DNA from: Lama glama
Lineage: Eukaryota
Assembly: GCA_028534125.1 (NCBI GenBank)
Contig: CM052832.1
Location: 24,490,001 to 24,554,000, forward strand
Direction of reading: 5' to 3'
DNA: 64,000 nucleotides
Shown: piece after piece, positions 25,137-37,284 of the stretch
Position numbering within the stretch: the stretch's first letter is position 1
Layout: each line of letters opens with the position of its first letter
Notes under the pieces: generated by a model
The model's database searches: none
Told to the model about the DNA's origin: nothing
Seen by the model: only the letters and a program-made list of their open reading frames with translations
Position numbers and translations under genes: made by a program

Positions 25137-28100
25137 GACACTTTGTAAATTGTATTCACTATAAAAGTCATGGTCAATTATATTAGTAGAAGACACTTCC
25201 TTTCTCCCTTCTGTCCTAGTTTTTTTCCTCTCCATATTTTTCCTTCTTTGAGGTCTACTTGTTAGTGTTCTGCCAGTTCCAAATCTAAAATTTGATATGA
25301 CTCTTTCTTGCTTTTTTTTTTTTTGAGATAGGAGACCACATTTTTCCCCTCGAAAATAATAGTACACCCACAATGCTAATACAAGACTTCCATTTTTGTT
25401 CAATGTGCACTTATAACTCTGAAAGGAAAACATGACTGGCACTTGTGAATGATTTATTTGATTCTAGATCCTAGCATAGCACTTAAATTCTATGTTTCTT
25501 GTTGTCCCCAAAGCTGCTCCTGTAAGTTCTTGTACCTCAAGCATGCTTCTCAAGAATACACAAGTCAAAATACCTTAATGATACTGGCCCAGGAAAAGTT
25601 GTTCCTGGCCCTGTATTATAGGAGGGGAAAAAAAAATCAAGAAATCGAGGTGTGGAAAATATTAATGAGATATTGAGAGTAAATGCAATCAGGATATGAA
25701 CAGATCTTTAAATGCAACCAATAGAAATCGCCCAGCCCTTCTGCAGCAGGGCCTCAGTGTGCCACTGTGTGTATAAGTGTTGTCGTCGGTGGGTGGACAT
25801 GGCAGGTGGCCAAGTGGAAAATTTCACAGCCCTGCAAACGGCCGGCACACTCAGCGCTGCAAGTCAGCCATCCCAGGGAGCCGTGTGGCGTGGACCGAAT
25901 AATCACGTCCCTGCACGCGCCTCTCACCAGCTTTCATCCCTTCTTCCCTCTTCACTTCCTGCTCCAGGCCTTTCCTTTCTTTCTCCCTGAGATTCCAGAG
26001 GCCTCCATTTTCAGTCCTCTGCTTCCTTTGATCCTCGGTGGGAGGAGAAACATTCGGCTCTTTGGGTGCCCCGAGCGGGGATGGTTGACTGTGGTTGCCT
26101 TGCCAAAGCTGGCTTTTAATTTTGGCTCCAGAGCTCAGTAACAGGCTCCTGATCACTAATAACACTTTGTGTTTACGTGGCACCTTTCTTCTCGGGAACT
26201 GTGAGTGCTTGCCAGAGAGATCTTACTGATCTTCCCAACAACCCAGTGAGGTATGAAAATGGCAAAAGGTGATCATCCCAGCCCCCTCCTTCCTGCAAGA
26301 GGGCTTATTTTGAGGCCGTGTTGCAAGTCTGCATCTCTGCTGGGATTGCATCTGAAGCCTCCCAGAACTGGCTTCAACTTTCTGGGGTGGGGGGAGCGGT
26401 GGGGGAGAGGCTTGGCCTCACCAGGCTGTCTCCTGGGGCAAGAGCAAAAATACTGCATTTCCTTTTTCAGCAAAGCGTACTGGAAAATGGTCTTTGGTGA
26501 ATTATCCATCAGTCTAATTGATCGTGAACTTCATCTGTTGAGATAACGAGGGATTTGACGATGCATTCACCTTTTCCTTTGTCTTCTGTTCTATTCCCAC
26601 GCTAGGGATTTCTCCTGTCTCTGTGAAAGGAAGAAAGGACACGTCTGAGCCTAGGAGCGCTCCAGCTTCTCAGGGGAAGTCTCCATGGTGAAGGAGAGGC
26701 TGGGCCTACCTGTGAACAGCGCACAGTGAATGTTGTAAGTTAACAAGAGCCCTGTCCGCAGGGCTTGCCTTGCAAGGATTTGTGAATCATTGGATGCGCG
26801 GGCCAGGGTGCTGATGGGGGTATTTAGCATTAGCTCTAGGTGATCCTCGTTTTTTTATGGTAGAGGTTCTGTTTTCATTTGCTGTGAACTTGACTTTGAG
26901 TTTCCATGGGGCACTGCTCATTATCTCCTTTGAATAAAAATCCTTTCCGTGTAGGAACGCCCTTTCTCCTGGAACAGTTAAATGATACCAAGTTCATAGC
27001 AGCTTCTTGAAACTGGGCTACAGCAGTTCTTTTTGGCTGGTGGGTAGGAGGGTAAAATCCTCCAGGCTGAGGATTACCCACCAGGATTTCCATCCTGCAG
27101 TTATTTTATTTATCTAGAGATTTTGATCGGAATGCAATGTTTTTCTGGCTTTCAAAAATCGAAGGTATGCAAGGACGGTCAGCTATTCTGGGTGTTTCTC
27201 TTATTCACAATTGGCTAATGGGTCGGTTTTTTATCGGACTGCTGAGTTGGGGTTTGGAAATGAGTAGTTTTGGTGTGGCAGCTGCTGGTCATCCCTCAGG
27301 GGCAGTTTTAGGATCCAGGATTGAATCCCAACACAATGGGCTTCAAGATGCTTATCTACCACGGAACTTCTGGTTTGCCTAGCTCTGCTGCTTTCTAGAG
27401 ATTAAACCGCGTTGCTAGACTGTGTCATAAAAACAAAAGTTTAGAAGAGATTTGAGGAGGAAAGAGTACAGCTTCAGGAAACCCAGGATGGCCTATGAAC
27501 GTATTACCTTCAAATTTCAGGAAACTAAGCGCCACAAACATGTATGTGTGTATATATATAAATAACTTTGTGTTGAGTTTTCAGTTTCTTAATTCGGTCA
27601 GGAAACTTTCCCAGGCATTTATTACTTGCTTTTTTCCAGTTGCATAAATGATTTTGAAAGAACAACATACAATATTATGAAGCAATATATCAGAGAGAAA
27701 AAGCACTTACCATTGAAAAGAAAAAATTGCACTGAATTTTTTTTATTGATTTCCTAAAAATTTGTCTTAAATATGACTATTTATCCATGTTTCCTGAGGC
27801 TTGAACAGTCATACTGAAATAAGCTTATTGAATTCAAAGTGTCTCATTGCCTTGAGTAAATGGGTGATGGGAAATGTTGATATTTTCATGCGCATTCCTT
27901 TTGTGTGTATGATCCCATTGGTTTTGATGGAAACACAGTTCCTGGGATTATTGACCTAAATTCTATTCCTGGTCCGATGGTCAAGGTCAGGTAACTTCAA
28001 AACCTTGGGCAAGTCCCTGAGGCCCATGAAGTTGGTTTATAAGTCTGTGTGTTGCTCCATGCTTCTTGTTTACTGATAAGTCGCCATCTTAGTTTGGGAT

Positions 28101-29094
28101 CCCCATAAGGAGCAGAGCATCTTGTAACACACTTTAATCTTCCACAAAAAAAAAAAAATCTTATTCTAAGAGTTTCTATCAGTATTAAGTCATAATTTGG
28201 GGACCCTATTAGATCTGTGTGCTACAATAGCAGTGTTTTGTTTTGTCTTTTTAGAAGGTATTTTCCCAATCAGGTAGCTGGTAGAATGCACTTCTGGTGA
28301 TTTTTTGTTTTGGGGTTTTTGTTTGTTTGTTTCTTTAGCGTTTTAATCCTAGGAAACAAATATTTTATGGAAAAATGCTTTAGGTTTCAGGTTACATTTA
28401 AAAGAACAGTGCAGTTATTATAATCAAGATGGCTTTTGCTTTGAATCTGATGATGTTTTGGGGTTTTTTTTTATTTAATCATTGCTTTGAACTACTCATG
28501 TGATACCATGCCAGACCTCAAGCATTAAGTGAGGTTTTCAAAGAAGTTCTGAAGTGTAAACTTAAGATGCCACATGGCCAACTTAGCCATTTTAAAATCC
28601 TTCTGTAAATGGAGTGGGTTGAGAGAGAGGAAGAAAATGCTAAATTGTTTTGAACTCTAGAGACTTTTTCTTCCAAATTGTATTTGCTTGGGGAGGGGGC
28701 AGTTTCCAGTTTTTCTTAGTAAATTTTGAAGTTAATAACCCTTTGTAATATTGGTGTGTTTTTGAATTCATATTTTCCCCTTACTTTGGTGTCCTGAGTG
28801 CCCCAAGGCTGTGCCATTATAGTAGGGAAGGCAGGAGATTTTCAGAGAATGTGTGCTTGCACGAGGGGATGTGGTGGTGGGTATACGACCATTCGAGTAA
28901 TAATCCTGGAGGCGGAATTAATGATGTCCATCCTCAGAAGCTCTTAGAGACTGCCCCCCAAACTCACTACCTTTGTAGTTCTCCTCTGTCCCCATTAACC
29001 ACCTCTCAAATCTGCCACCATCTTTCTAGCAGATGGTTTTTACTCCTGAAAGTGTCTCAAACTGTCTCTAAGGTGTTGTAACTCTTACAGGAGA

Positions 29095-29255
29095 GGAGTG
29101 GCAAGAAATACTGACCTTAGGAGTCAGGAGACCTGGGTTGTATACATGATGCTAAAGTTGACTGTAGAACCTTAAGCCCCCCAAAAGCCCCGGGGACCCA
29201 TTTCATGATGAGTAACATGAGAAAGTTGAGTTAAAGGAGCTCTGAAGATTCTGCT
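29095..29255 (+). mobile_element. MIR/MIR3 remnant
   Basis: 'tactgaccttaggagtcaggagacctgggtt...accttaagc...gagctctgaagattct'. Confidence 0.55.
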
Positions 29256-29639
29256 AAGTGTCTAGCATTGCTTCAAGTCCCAGCCTTGGATGAGGCAGAT
29301 TGGACCTTCGTTTTACCTTGTTCAGCTTCTAAAAGTCAGTGATTTGGCAGAACTTCAATTTACAAATGCTTTTTAAACATTGAGCACAGTTTTGTGGTTA
29401 AAAAAAAAAAGAATAATTTTATGTCACCCTCACGTTACCCTTTCTACAGGACCCTTCCAGGTACCAGGTGACAACTGAAAGGTGTTCATTTGAGCGCTTT
29501 CCAAGAATAGAGTTAGAGTCACTTAAATCTAGGATCCATACTCCTTGGTCTTTTTGAAAATTGAATATGAGATGCTTTTGAAATTAACTTTTTAAAAACT
29601 GTCCACCTCCATACTCACTCAAATTTATTACTTAGATCA

Positions 29640-29990
29640 CTGCCTCCTTGCTTATATGCTCTATTTCTTTCTAAAACTTCTCTGCTTCTGTAAGTGGGAC
29701 TTCTCCAGTTGCCTCTTCAAAGCGGCCTTCCCTGACCTTTATAAAGCAGCACCCACTCCACTCCTTCTGTATCCTCCAGCCTACCTTATTTTCCCTTTAA
29801 GCGCCTTACCTATTATATATGTATTTGTTAATTGTCCATCTCCTCAACTAGACCGCAAGCTCCATGAAAGCAGAGATATTATTATTACTATTGCTATTCC
29901 TGGCGAGTCCACAAAACCTAAAATGCTGCTTGGCCCGTACTGGGCACTCAGTAAATATTTGTTGAGTGACTGTCTAAGGAAAGAGTAAAT
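29640..29990 (+). mobile_element. L2a 3' end
   Basis: 'ggccttccctgacc...actagaccgcaagctccatgaaagcagaga...gcactcagtaaatatttgttgagtga'. Confidence 0.8.
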
Positions 29991-31209
29991 GTATGTCTGG
30001 GCTTCTCAGGTGTGGGCCTAAGCCGTTAGGAACAGGACCACAAACATGGTTCTGATCTGAATTGCTTGAATCTGACAGTAGGTTGGTCAGGTAGAGGGTG
30101 GCGTGGAGAAACGAGCTTGTCTTTTCCCTAAAAGTGGGTGATAATTGTCTATGATGTGTTTAAGTAAATGTGAGAAAGGAAACACTTCTATAAAGTGCCC
30201 CCCCTTTTTTGTACAATCAGTAGAGTTGGGGGATTTTCTGATACTTTAAAAAAAAACATTCTGCACCGTGTATATTTCCTCTCCTTTTCCATCTGAGTGG
30301 TTTGCTTTATGGGTCATTTGTGAGCAGCCCGCCCTGACCTTGTGAAAGGTGGTGCTGTTGTGTCTCGTAATCACATCATTTTAGCACCATCCACGTTTAC
30401 ATTTAGTTCAAAAGGGAGAGACAAACTTGAAGTGCCGAATCTGCCTGGAAACTCCCCATTTACTGAATAGCGTCATTTTCATTTTCCGTGCTTTTGGTTG
30501 ATGCACAATCTGAAATGAAAAAACAGTGTGCTGATACAAATGAAGTCCATCCAATGTCTCTGTGGTGTGATGGGAGTGACTGACCAAAGCTTTCTTAGGG
30601 AGTCATGAGCTTTTGTTGCTTTTGAGGATGGCAAGAATCAAGGTTTCTTGAATTCTCTGTGTTCATCAAACCACTTTTCAGAGTAACCGCTCTGAGAGTA
30701 GGAGTGACATTAATCTTCAGAAGAAGTGGGAAGACCGAAATAAACACCTCTGTGCCTATTTAGACAGCATTATGCTGTCTTTATAAGCTTTGAAAAATGG
30801 GAGCTGAATTTCTAGTCTCCAGAGTCAGAGAATTAGACATGCACACTCTAATAAGAGCGATTTGGGAATTTCCGTATGTGTCTGTCAATTTGTACCTCTT
30901 AGACTTGCCATCTGTGATACCATATTCTTTTAAAGTAATCTCTAGTGCTATCATAAAAACAACAAAAAAACTGAAGTAGACAAGGAGGTCAGAAGAGAAG
31001 GGGAGATTTTACTATTAGATAAATGGCGGTGGGGGGAGAGTCTCATTTTTAAAATTCCCTGCCTGTAATGGCCCTGGCATTTGGCCTGCATGTCGTGAAG
31101 GCAAAGAGGCTCTGATAGCATGTTCCATGCAAGGGCACTGGGTGTTCTTGTGTAGCTTCAAGTCTTCTAGAGTTTTCTTCCCCCTTTCCCAGACTTCCTC
31201 CTTCCCTCC

Positions 31210-31321
31210 TTTTTTTTTTTTTTAGTTGAAATGTAGTCAGTTTACAATGTTGTGTCAATTTCTGGTGTACAGCATAATGTTTCAGTTATGCATATACATA
31301 CATAGATTCCTTTTCATATTC
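31210..31321 (-). mobile_element. Short artiodactyl-type L1 3' end
   Basis: Poly-T followed by 'gttgaaatgtagtcagtttacaatgttgtgtcaatttctggtgtacagcataatgtttcagttat'; similar to 52900-52960. Confidence 0.85.
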
Positions 31322-32767
31322 ATTGCTTCTTACTGATGGCCACCCTCATTCCTGGCCATTGCCACTTTTGGGTGAGTTGGGGGAGCTTTGCATGAGCTGC
31401 CCCTTCTGAGAGTTGCTGTCAGCCCCACTTCCTGCGTCAGGTGGCAGAGGGTAGCCCATCCCAGCCACACCCATCCCCTCGGCGCCGTCTTCCCCACGTG
31501 CCAAGCCTCCTCCTCTCAGCATCTCGGAGGGAAGAAGGGAAATACACAGAACACCCAGAAGTTGTGGAAGGAAGAATGTTCGTGTATCTTCTCCTGGATT
31601 CGTGTTCTGTAGTGGGGAGAAAGCAGCCACAGTCTGGTCAGGCTGCTGCTTAACTGAAAAGTGCTGAAGTAGAACGTTTGTCTGTCCTATCTGAGTTTCC
31701 TCTTTAGGTTTTGAATTCCCTGAGTGAATCAGATTTGTGAAAAGACCTCTGTGTGTGCCAGGGTTGTGCTGACATCTGTTAGGGATGCAGGGGTGAGTAG
31801 CCTGCATTTGCTGCCCTGTGGGATTTACTCCCGCCGAGCGCTGGGAGGGGTGGAGGCAGGGGGCCGGGTACTCCACAAGTGGTGATGTGACGGTGAGGGT
31901 CCTCGGACTTGGGTTTCCCAGGAGGGAAGGCTTCCAGGACTGCTGAGCATCTGAGTTAGTCCTTGAAACAGGTTGGATTTCAACCCCATATAAGTGCGTG
32001 TATTGAGAAGGCAAGGGAAGGAGGAAGAGAAGAGAAAACTAATCTTTTATTTAACTGCTTCTTCATCTGGGCGACTGAGACCTCAGAGCCCAGAACATCC
32101 TCCCATCAGAAATGCTGTGCTGTGACCCCTGACAAAGATGGAGAATAGAGATTTGGAGCACATGGGAACCACTCTCCTTTAGGGTCATTTTATCTATTTA
32201 TGTGCAAAAGCTGAAGCCAGAACTTGGGCTACTTAAAGAAATGGTGCCTCCCCAATCCGTGTAAAAGGTAGTGTTTTCAACTAAACCACACCCGAAACTA
32301 AAAATGTATTTCTCAAGTGGTGTATCTTTGAAGTGCTCGCTGTGGAAGACTCAGTATACACAGAAGGAGGAAGGGTGAGGAGGAGGGTGGGGGTGCTGCC
32401 CTGGAAGGGGGAATCGGAAGCCACTGAAAATTCTTCCAGACAGAGATCAAGTAATTCCCATACTTCGGACACCTTAGAAGGTTGATCACATTTCCCGTCT
32501 TTATTATAAATATAAACGAATACGCCCATATAAATACATACATAATATGACCGATGTCTTTTCTTTCCAAGTATATCATCTCAGTATTTAAACTGTTTTC
32601 ATTGTTCCTCTAAAAGATTGTTTCTCCTCTTCTTTCTTGCAGAAAAAGTGAGGCACAAATAAGCACTAAATGAAATTGGTTTGTCATAAAGTCAAAACAA
32701 AACCTGATGGTTCTTATCAGCAAATAAATTGTTCTTTGGGGCTAATGTAAAAAGACAAATAGAAACA

Positions 32768-32894
32768 GGGAGGGTACAGCTCACTGGTAGAGCATGTGCT
32801 TAGCATGCATGAGGTCCTGGGTTCAGTCCCCAGTACCTCCATTAAAAAAAAAAAGTAAATAATCCTAATTACCCCCCCAAGACTGAAAAAAAAA
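32768..32894 (+). mobile_element. vic-1-type camelid tRNA-Ala-derived SINE
   Basis: GGGAGGGTACAGCTCACTGGTAGAGCATGTGCTTAGCATGCATGAGGTCCTGGGTTCAGTCCCCAGTACCTCC (A and B boxes), then the tail AATCCTAATTACCCCCC and an A-rich end. Flanked by AAATAGAAA (probable TSD). Confidence 0.92.
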
Positions 32895-34436
32895 GTTAAA
32901 TAGAAAAATGATTTCATTTTTTTAATTCCTCAAATTTTTTCACTTTTGTAAAACAACCATTTTTTCAGATCAGAAGATCATTTAACCCCTCCCTCCCTCC
33001 CTCCACATATATTCATATCAGATTTCTAGTGCTAGCTGTATTAGTAAATTTTGCTAGGTGGAATCTTAGGTTGAAAGAGTTAATCCATCTTCTCTGTGTC
33101 CTGAGGATTCTGTTAACCTTTGCAGACACCTGAACAGTAATGCTACATGATTCAGAAAAAGTCATCTTCAGCAAGTTTAAAATGATGCTTTTTAGGTGAG
33201 ATAGTAAAATTAGCTGTTTGAAACCCACGTTGGAGGAAGTTGATTTTTCAGTGCGATTTTTCTGTGTGTGCTTAGCTTACATTCTGAAACGGCTTAAGTA
33301 GAATCCCTTGAAGTAGAAATATTCATGGGCTACAAATGGCAATCTCCTTCAGAATCTTTTTAGTTCCAAAACTCAGCTAAGTCCTTATCGTGGTCTTTGG
33401 ACCCTCAGCCATCTTTGTCTGCCTCTAAATCTCACTACTCTCCCAGTTCCTTTATCACACACGTCTTGTGACCATCTCCCTTCCAGCCACGAGTGTCTAG
33501 CAGTGCCACAGTGCCAACAGAATTCAGTGCTTAGGACCTCTGCACGGGTAACTGGGCTGTGTTACTGCTTTCATTCTGCACCTAAGCCATCTTCCCAGAC
33601 ATCCAGATACCCTGTTTTTCTCATCTGGACATGAAAACGCACCTGCTAAAATTGTTTTCTAAAACACTCCACGAGGTTGCTCCTCATTTCAATCTTTTTT
33701 TTTCCTGCAAGCCTTTGTAGCTCACAGAGAACTGAAAACTTGTCATTTATCCAGGGCTGAAATCGAAGACTTTGACAGGCAGTCTTAATGTCTGGGGCTC
33801 CTGCGAGGTACTAGCAGGTACTCCCAGAGGTACTACCCATTAGAAGCTTTGTAAAACTTACCCTGCAGAGCAAAGAGGACTGGACACAGAGGCTGTTCCC
33901 GTCTTGGACCAGGGCAGGCCCTAGTTTTCCCGTCTCCCTTTCCTTTTCTTCCTTGTTCTGCGAGGAAAGGGGATGAGAGGTTAGGATGTTGTTGTTTAGG
34001 ACGGGGACAACTATTGCCTGTACAAACAGATTTTTTTTTCCCCTTCTCTTTGGCAACCTCAGTTGTTCTACCTGTTTCTGGCTCTCCTGCTGTTTATGAA
34101 CAGTCTCCCTCCCCCTACTTTCAGGAAACTAACAAACAGACACATGTCAGTTGGTTCCTGCATGTCTACCAGCTCACATTATTCGGAATAGAGTCATTCG
34201 GCCTCTCTCTTCAGCGAGTTTCTTGCCCCTTCTCTTGTCACCACCGCATCAAGTACAAGTGCGGATTAAAGGATAGTATGTCAAGGTGAGAGCTGTCCAC
34301 TGGGCAAGGTAAGTCTGTCAGTCCTTTAGCAGAGCAGATTAGCTGCCAATTGGTATCTTGTTGCTGTCATCGGAGTTTGCAGTCCAGGTTCCCTGCTCTG
34401 CTGGAGATCTATTTCTGTGCCCCGGCGATGACGCCG

Positions 34437-34450
34437 GTTGTCCTGGCAAC
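34437..34450. promoter_or_regulatory. RFX X-box-like motif
   Basis: GTTGTCCTGGCAAC, 12/14 match to the GTTGCCATGGCAAC palindrome; half-CRE TGACG at 34429-34433. Confidence 0.45.
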
Positions 34451-36299
34451 CTGCTGGCTGGCACTTCCCTAAAGGCGAGCAGGGGAATGGCAGTGGGAGG
34501 GGGTGGCCTCCAGAGGGGAGTTGACATTCACCTTGCTCAAAGAGGAGTTTCCATTTCCTTCATCTGGGCAGGCCTCCAGGAAGTCATGTCAGTATCATGG
34601 GCGTGTCATTTACTAAGGGTCGTGGACCACATGGTCTTCCTGGTACAGACAGCATCCCAAGGAGAGTAACAGACTGATTGATGGATAGTCCCAGCAGAGT
34701 GTGACTGCCAGGCCAGGGTGTCAGGTGATCTCACAACACTAGATGGTATCAGTTTTTCTTGTGAATTGGGTTGACGTTCCTGTTGTTTATCAGCATCGGT
34801 GTTTAGAGCCTGGGGGCAGAGGTGGATGTTGGGGAAGAATCAGAGGTGGGGGAGGAGGATGCAGAGAAACACCAGTGCAGTCGATCTTGGCTTCTTTTCC
34901 TGTTGTCAGGTCTGGCCTGAAAGCAGTTCAGTGTAACTGGAGCTCTCTGACTGGGCTCCAATAATTTACCCATGTCCCCAGGATTGCAAGGGAACACTCC
35001 TCACCTTGTCCTCGCCTCTTTAATTACCCTCCTCCTCCTTTATGTCACATTGAATTGGCACTAAATGACTTTTCCTCCCCACTTTGGATTTGGATCCAAA
35101 AGAACACAGAAGTCTTATGTTTTAAAGCCTCTAACCTAGTTGGCCTTGCTGAGGTTAAGTAAAACCGAGCAGTCAGTGGACAGTGGATGTCTTGGGGACT
35201 TGACTTCACAGCCACTTCATCGGAGCAGGCCCTGGCCAGTGCCTGTGGCTAACACTTTCTCCTCGGGAGTGCGTCTGTCTCTGTTGGCATGGAGATGTCA
35301 GGACGTTTTTCACAAAGAAAGAAGCAAACGTGAGTCTACCTGCAAACCTTGTTGGGAGCAGGGGAATCTGATGAGAGGAATGTCCCCAGAACATCTGAAG
35401 CCCACAAATGACATAAAACCTTCTTAGCACCTTTCATTACTAAAAGAATTCTTGTACTCTGAGGCCTTTTAGTATTTGCTCCACTGAATGACCGTACTTA
35501 GCTGAGATGACAGCATATACCTGTGTCTTCAGGACGAGGAAGCCAGGTCGGGTGTAACTGAACATTTCTAGAACAGTTTATATAGTCTTTATATATTCAT
35601 TCCCCCTTTCATACCCGGAATAAGGATAGATATTGAAGATCTGGAACTGGAATTAGGAGAAATAATATTTGGACGGAAAAGAAACTCCAAGGAAGTTGTT
35701 TGTACTTCGGGCATCCTCTGTTTTCAAGATGTTTCTTAAATGAAATAAATCAGTGTTGTTTGACAAGCATGTACTGTGCCCAGCAGGTCATTATGTTAAG
35801 TCACTGAAACTGTTTAAATTGTAGAAGACATTGTGTGTCTCTAGAACAATAAATACCTGTTAGGTGCATTTTAATACGGTAGAGAAGTAGGGTTGATTAT
35901 TTATTTTTGAAAGATCATTATGTAACTCTTAATTCAATATTTAATGCTAAATATTCATCATTCTTCATGGTAAAACAGGCAGTGAAGTCGGTTCTCTCAT
36001 ACTGATATGAATAATAGATACAGAATGTGAACTCCATTAAAGTTAGATTAAAATCCTTCTCTGGGTTGGTTGCTTTTTTGAAAGAAATTTAGTAAAGCAG
36101 ATGATAGCCCAGTTAGGTCTCATGAGCTTCATGCTTTATACTTTTTTTTTCCACAACCAATATAGATGTACAGTAATTGGAAGCACACCTAGAACAGAAA
36201 GAACCTGTTGTCTCTCCCTCTTGAATTTGTTGTTGTCAGTCACAGAGGTAGGTGTGAATCTAAATATTAATAACTAAGGAGAAGATGGAGGTGACTGGG

Positions 36300-36700
36300 A
36301 CTTGGTCCAAGAGCAGGAGCATCAGGCTAAAAAATGGACATCTGGGTTTTCTGCCCCTTCCCACCCCTCTGAGACCATGGGCAAGCTACTTTCCTTCTCT
36401 GTGCCTCTATTTCCTTGTCTTCCAGAGGAAGGTAATTCTTGCTTCTGTTCAACAGCATCAGCTTTAAAGCCATTAGGCCAAATAAGGGCTTTTGGACTCA
36501 TATCTGGCTTCAGATCCCAGCCTTGCTGCACATTAGCTGTGTGTCCTTGGGGAAATTGCCCAGCCTCTCTGAGTCTCATCTCATCTGTAGAATAGGGCTG
36601 ATCATACCTACCCTGCAGGATTGTTGAGAAAATGAGATAACGTGTGTTAAGTTTTAGCCCAGTGGTTGCTCCCTAGTAACCGTGGCATCTATAATGCTGT
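36300..36700 (+). mobile_element. Two tandem MIR remnants
   Basis: 'gagaccatgggcaagctactttccttctctgtgcctc' and 'cagatcccagcc...tagctgtgtgtccttggggaaattgcccagcctctctgagtctc...catctgtagaatagg' are MIR cores. Confidence 0.8.
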
Positions 36701-37175
36701 TAGGATAATAAATTTCACCAAACAAAATTGACCATGATGTGTTGCTGAAATGAGCAGGTGAACAATTGCAACCTGCTAGTCTCTTTGTGGTAAAGATGTT
36801 CCCTCTATAATATGAATTGTCATAAACTGTCAATGTCATTGTATTGCCAGTGAAGTCAGTTATGTATTGTCAAATCTTCTGCTTCTTTGACATACATAGT
36901 AAAGTAATTATGATGGTGAAGGTGACAACATTTGTCAGAATTATCCATGTGCATATTTTGAGGGGCCTTGGAATTTTAGGTGAATTTTTTGGTATTAGTC
37001 AAACTGAAAGGCACAGTGAGTTTGGAAGATATGATAGTCTGATCTATAAAAAGAATAGGGAGATTCCCAAAGGCTATTGATATGAGTGGAACTCGAAAAA
37101 ATAAAGCATTAAAATATTTTGATGCAGTTACTGTGTCTGTGTGGTGGTAGGTGAAAATGATCTGGTCTAATTGTT

Positions 37176-37274
37176 TGAAATAAAGGATAGAAAAAACCAG
37201 GAGATGGATGAAATAAAGGGTGGAAAAAGCCAGAAGATGGGTGAAATTAAGGATAGAAAAAGCCAGAAGATGGA
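37176..37274 (+). repeat. 33-bp minisatellite, 3 copies
   Basis: tgaaataaaggatagaaaaaaccaggagatgga / tgaaataaagggtggaaaaagccagaagatggg / tgaaattaaggatagaaaaagccagaagatgga. Confidence 0.95.
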
Positions 37275-37284
37275 TGTATACGTT

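Noticed and set aside
30348-30392. miR-29-like hairpin (TAGCACCAT paired with GGTGGTGCTG)
   Set aside because: Similarity is limited to the first ~10 nt; the rest of the mature sequence and the stem length do not fit a miR-29 precursor
31346-32014. 222-aa minus-strand ORF
   Set aside because: No recognisable domain or exon structure; the length is attainable by chance in GC-richer DNA
32620-32645. Isolated strong acceptor-like pyrimidine tracts (also at ~60984 and ~62268)
   Set aside because: No matching donor or reading frame; such tracts are common on a T-rich intronic strand
32768-32841. tRNA-Ala(AGC) gene
   Set aside because: It is the head of a SINE: it has mutated A/B boxes, the vic-1 tail, an A-rich end and a TSD, and three further copies occur in the window
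37176-37274. CRISPR-like array or other prokaryote-type system
   Set aside because: The repeats are contiguous with no spacers, and the window is mammalian with no cas-like or operon-like ORFs
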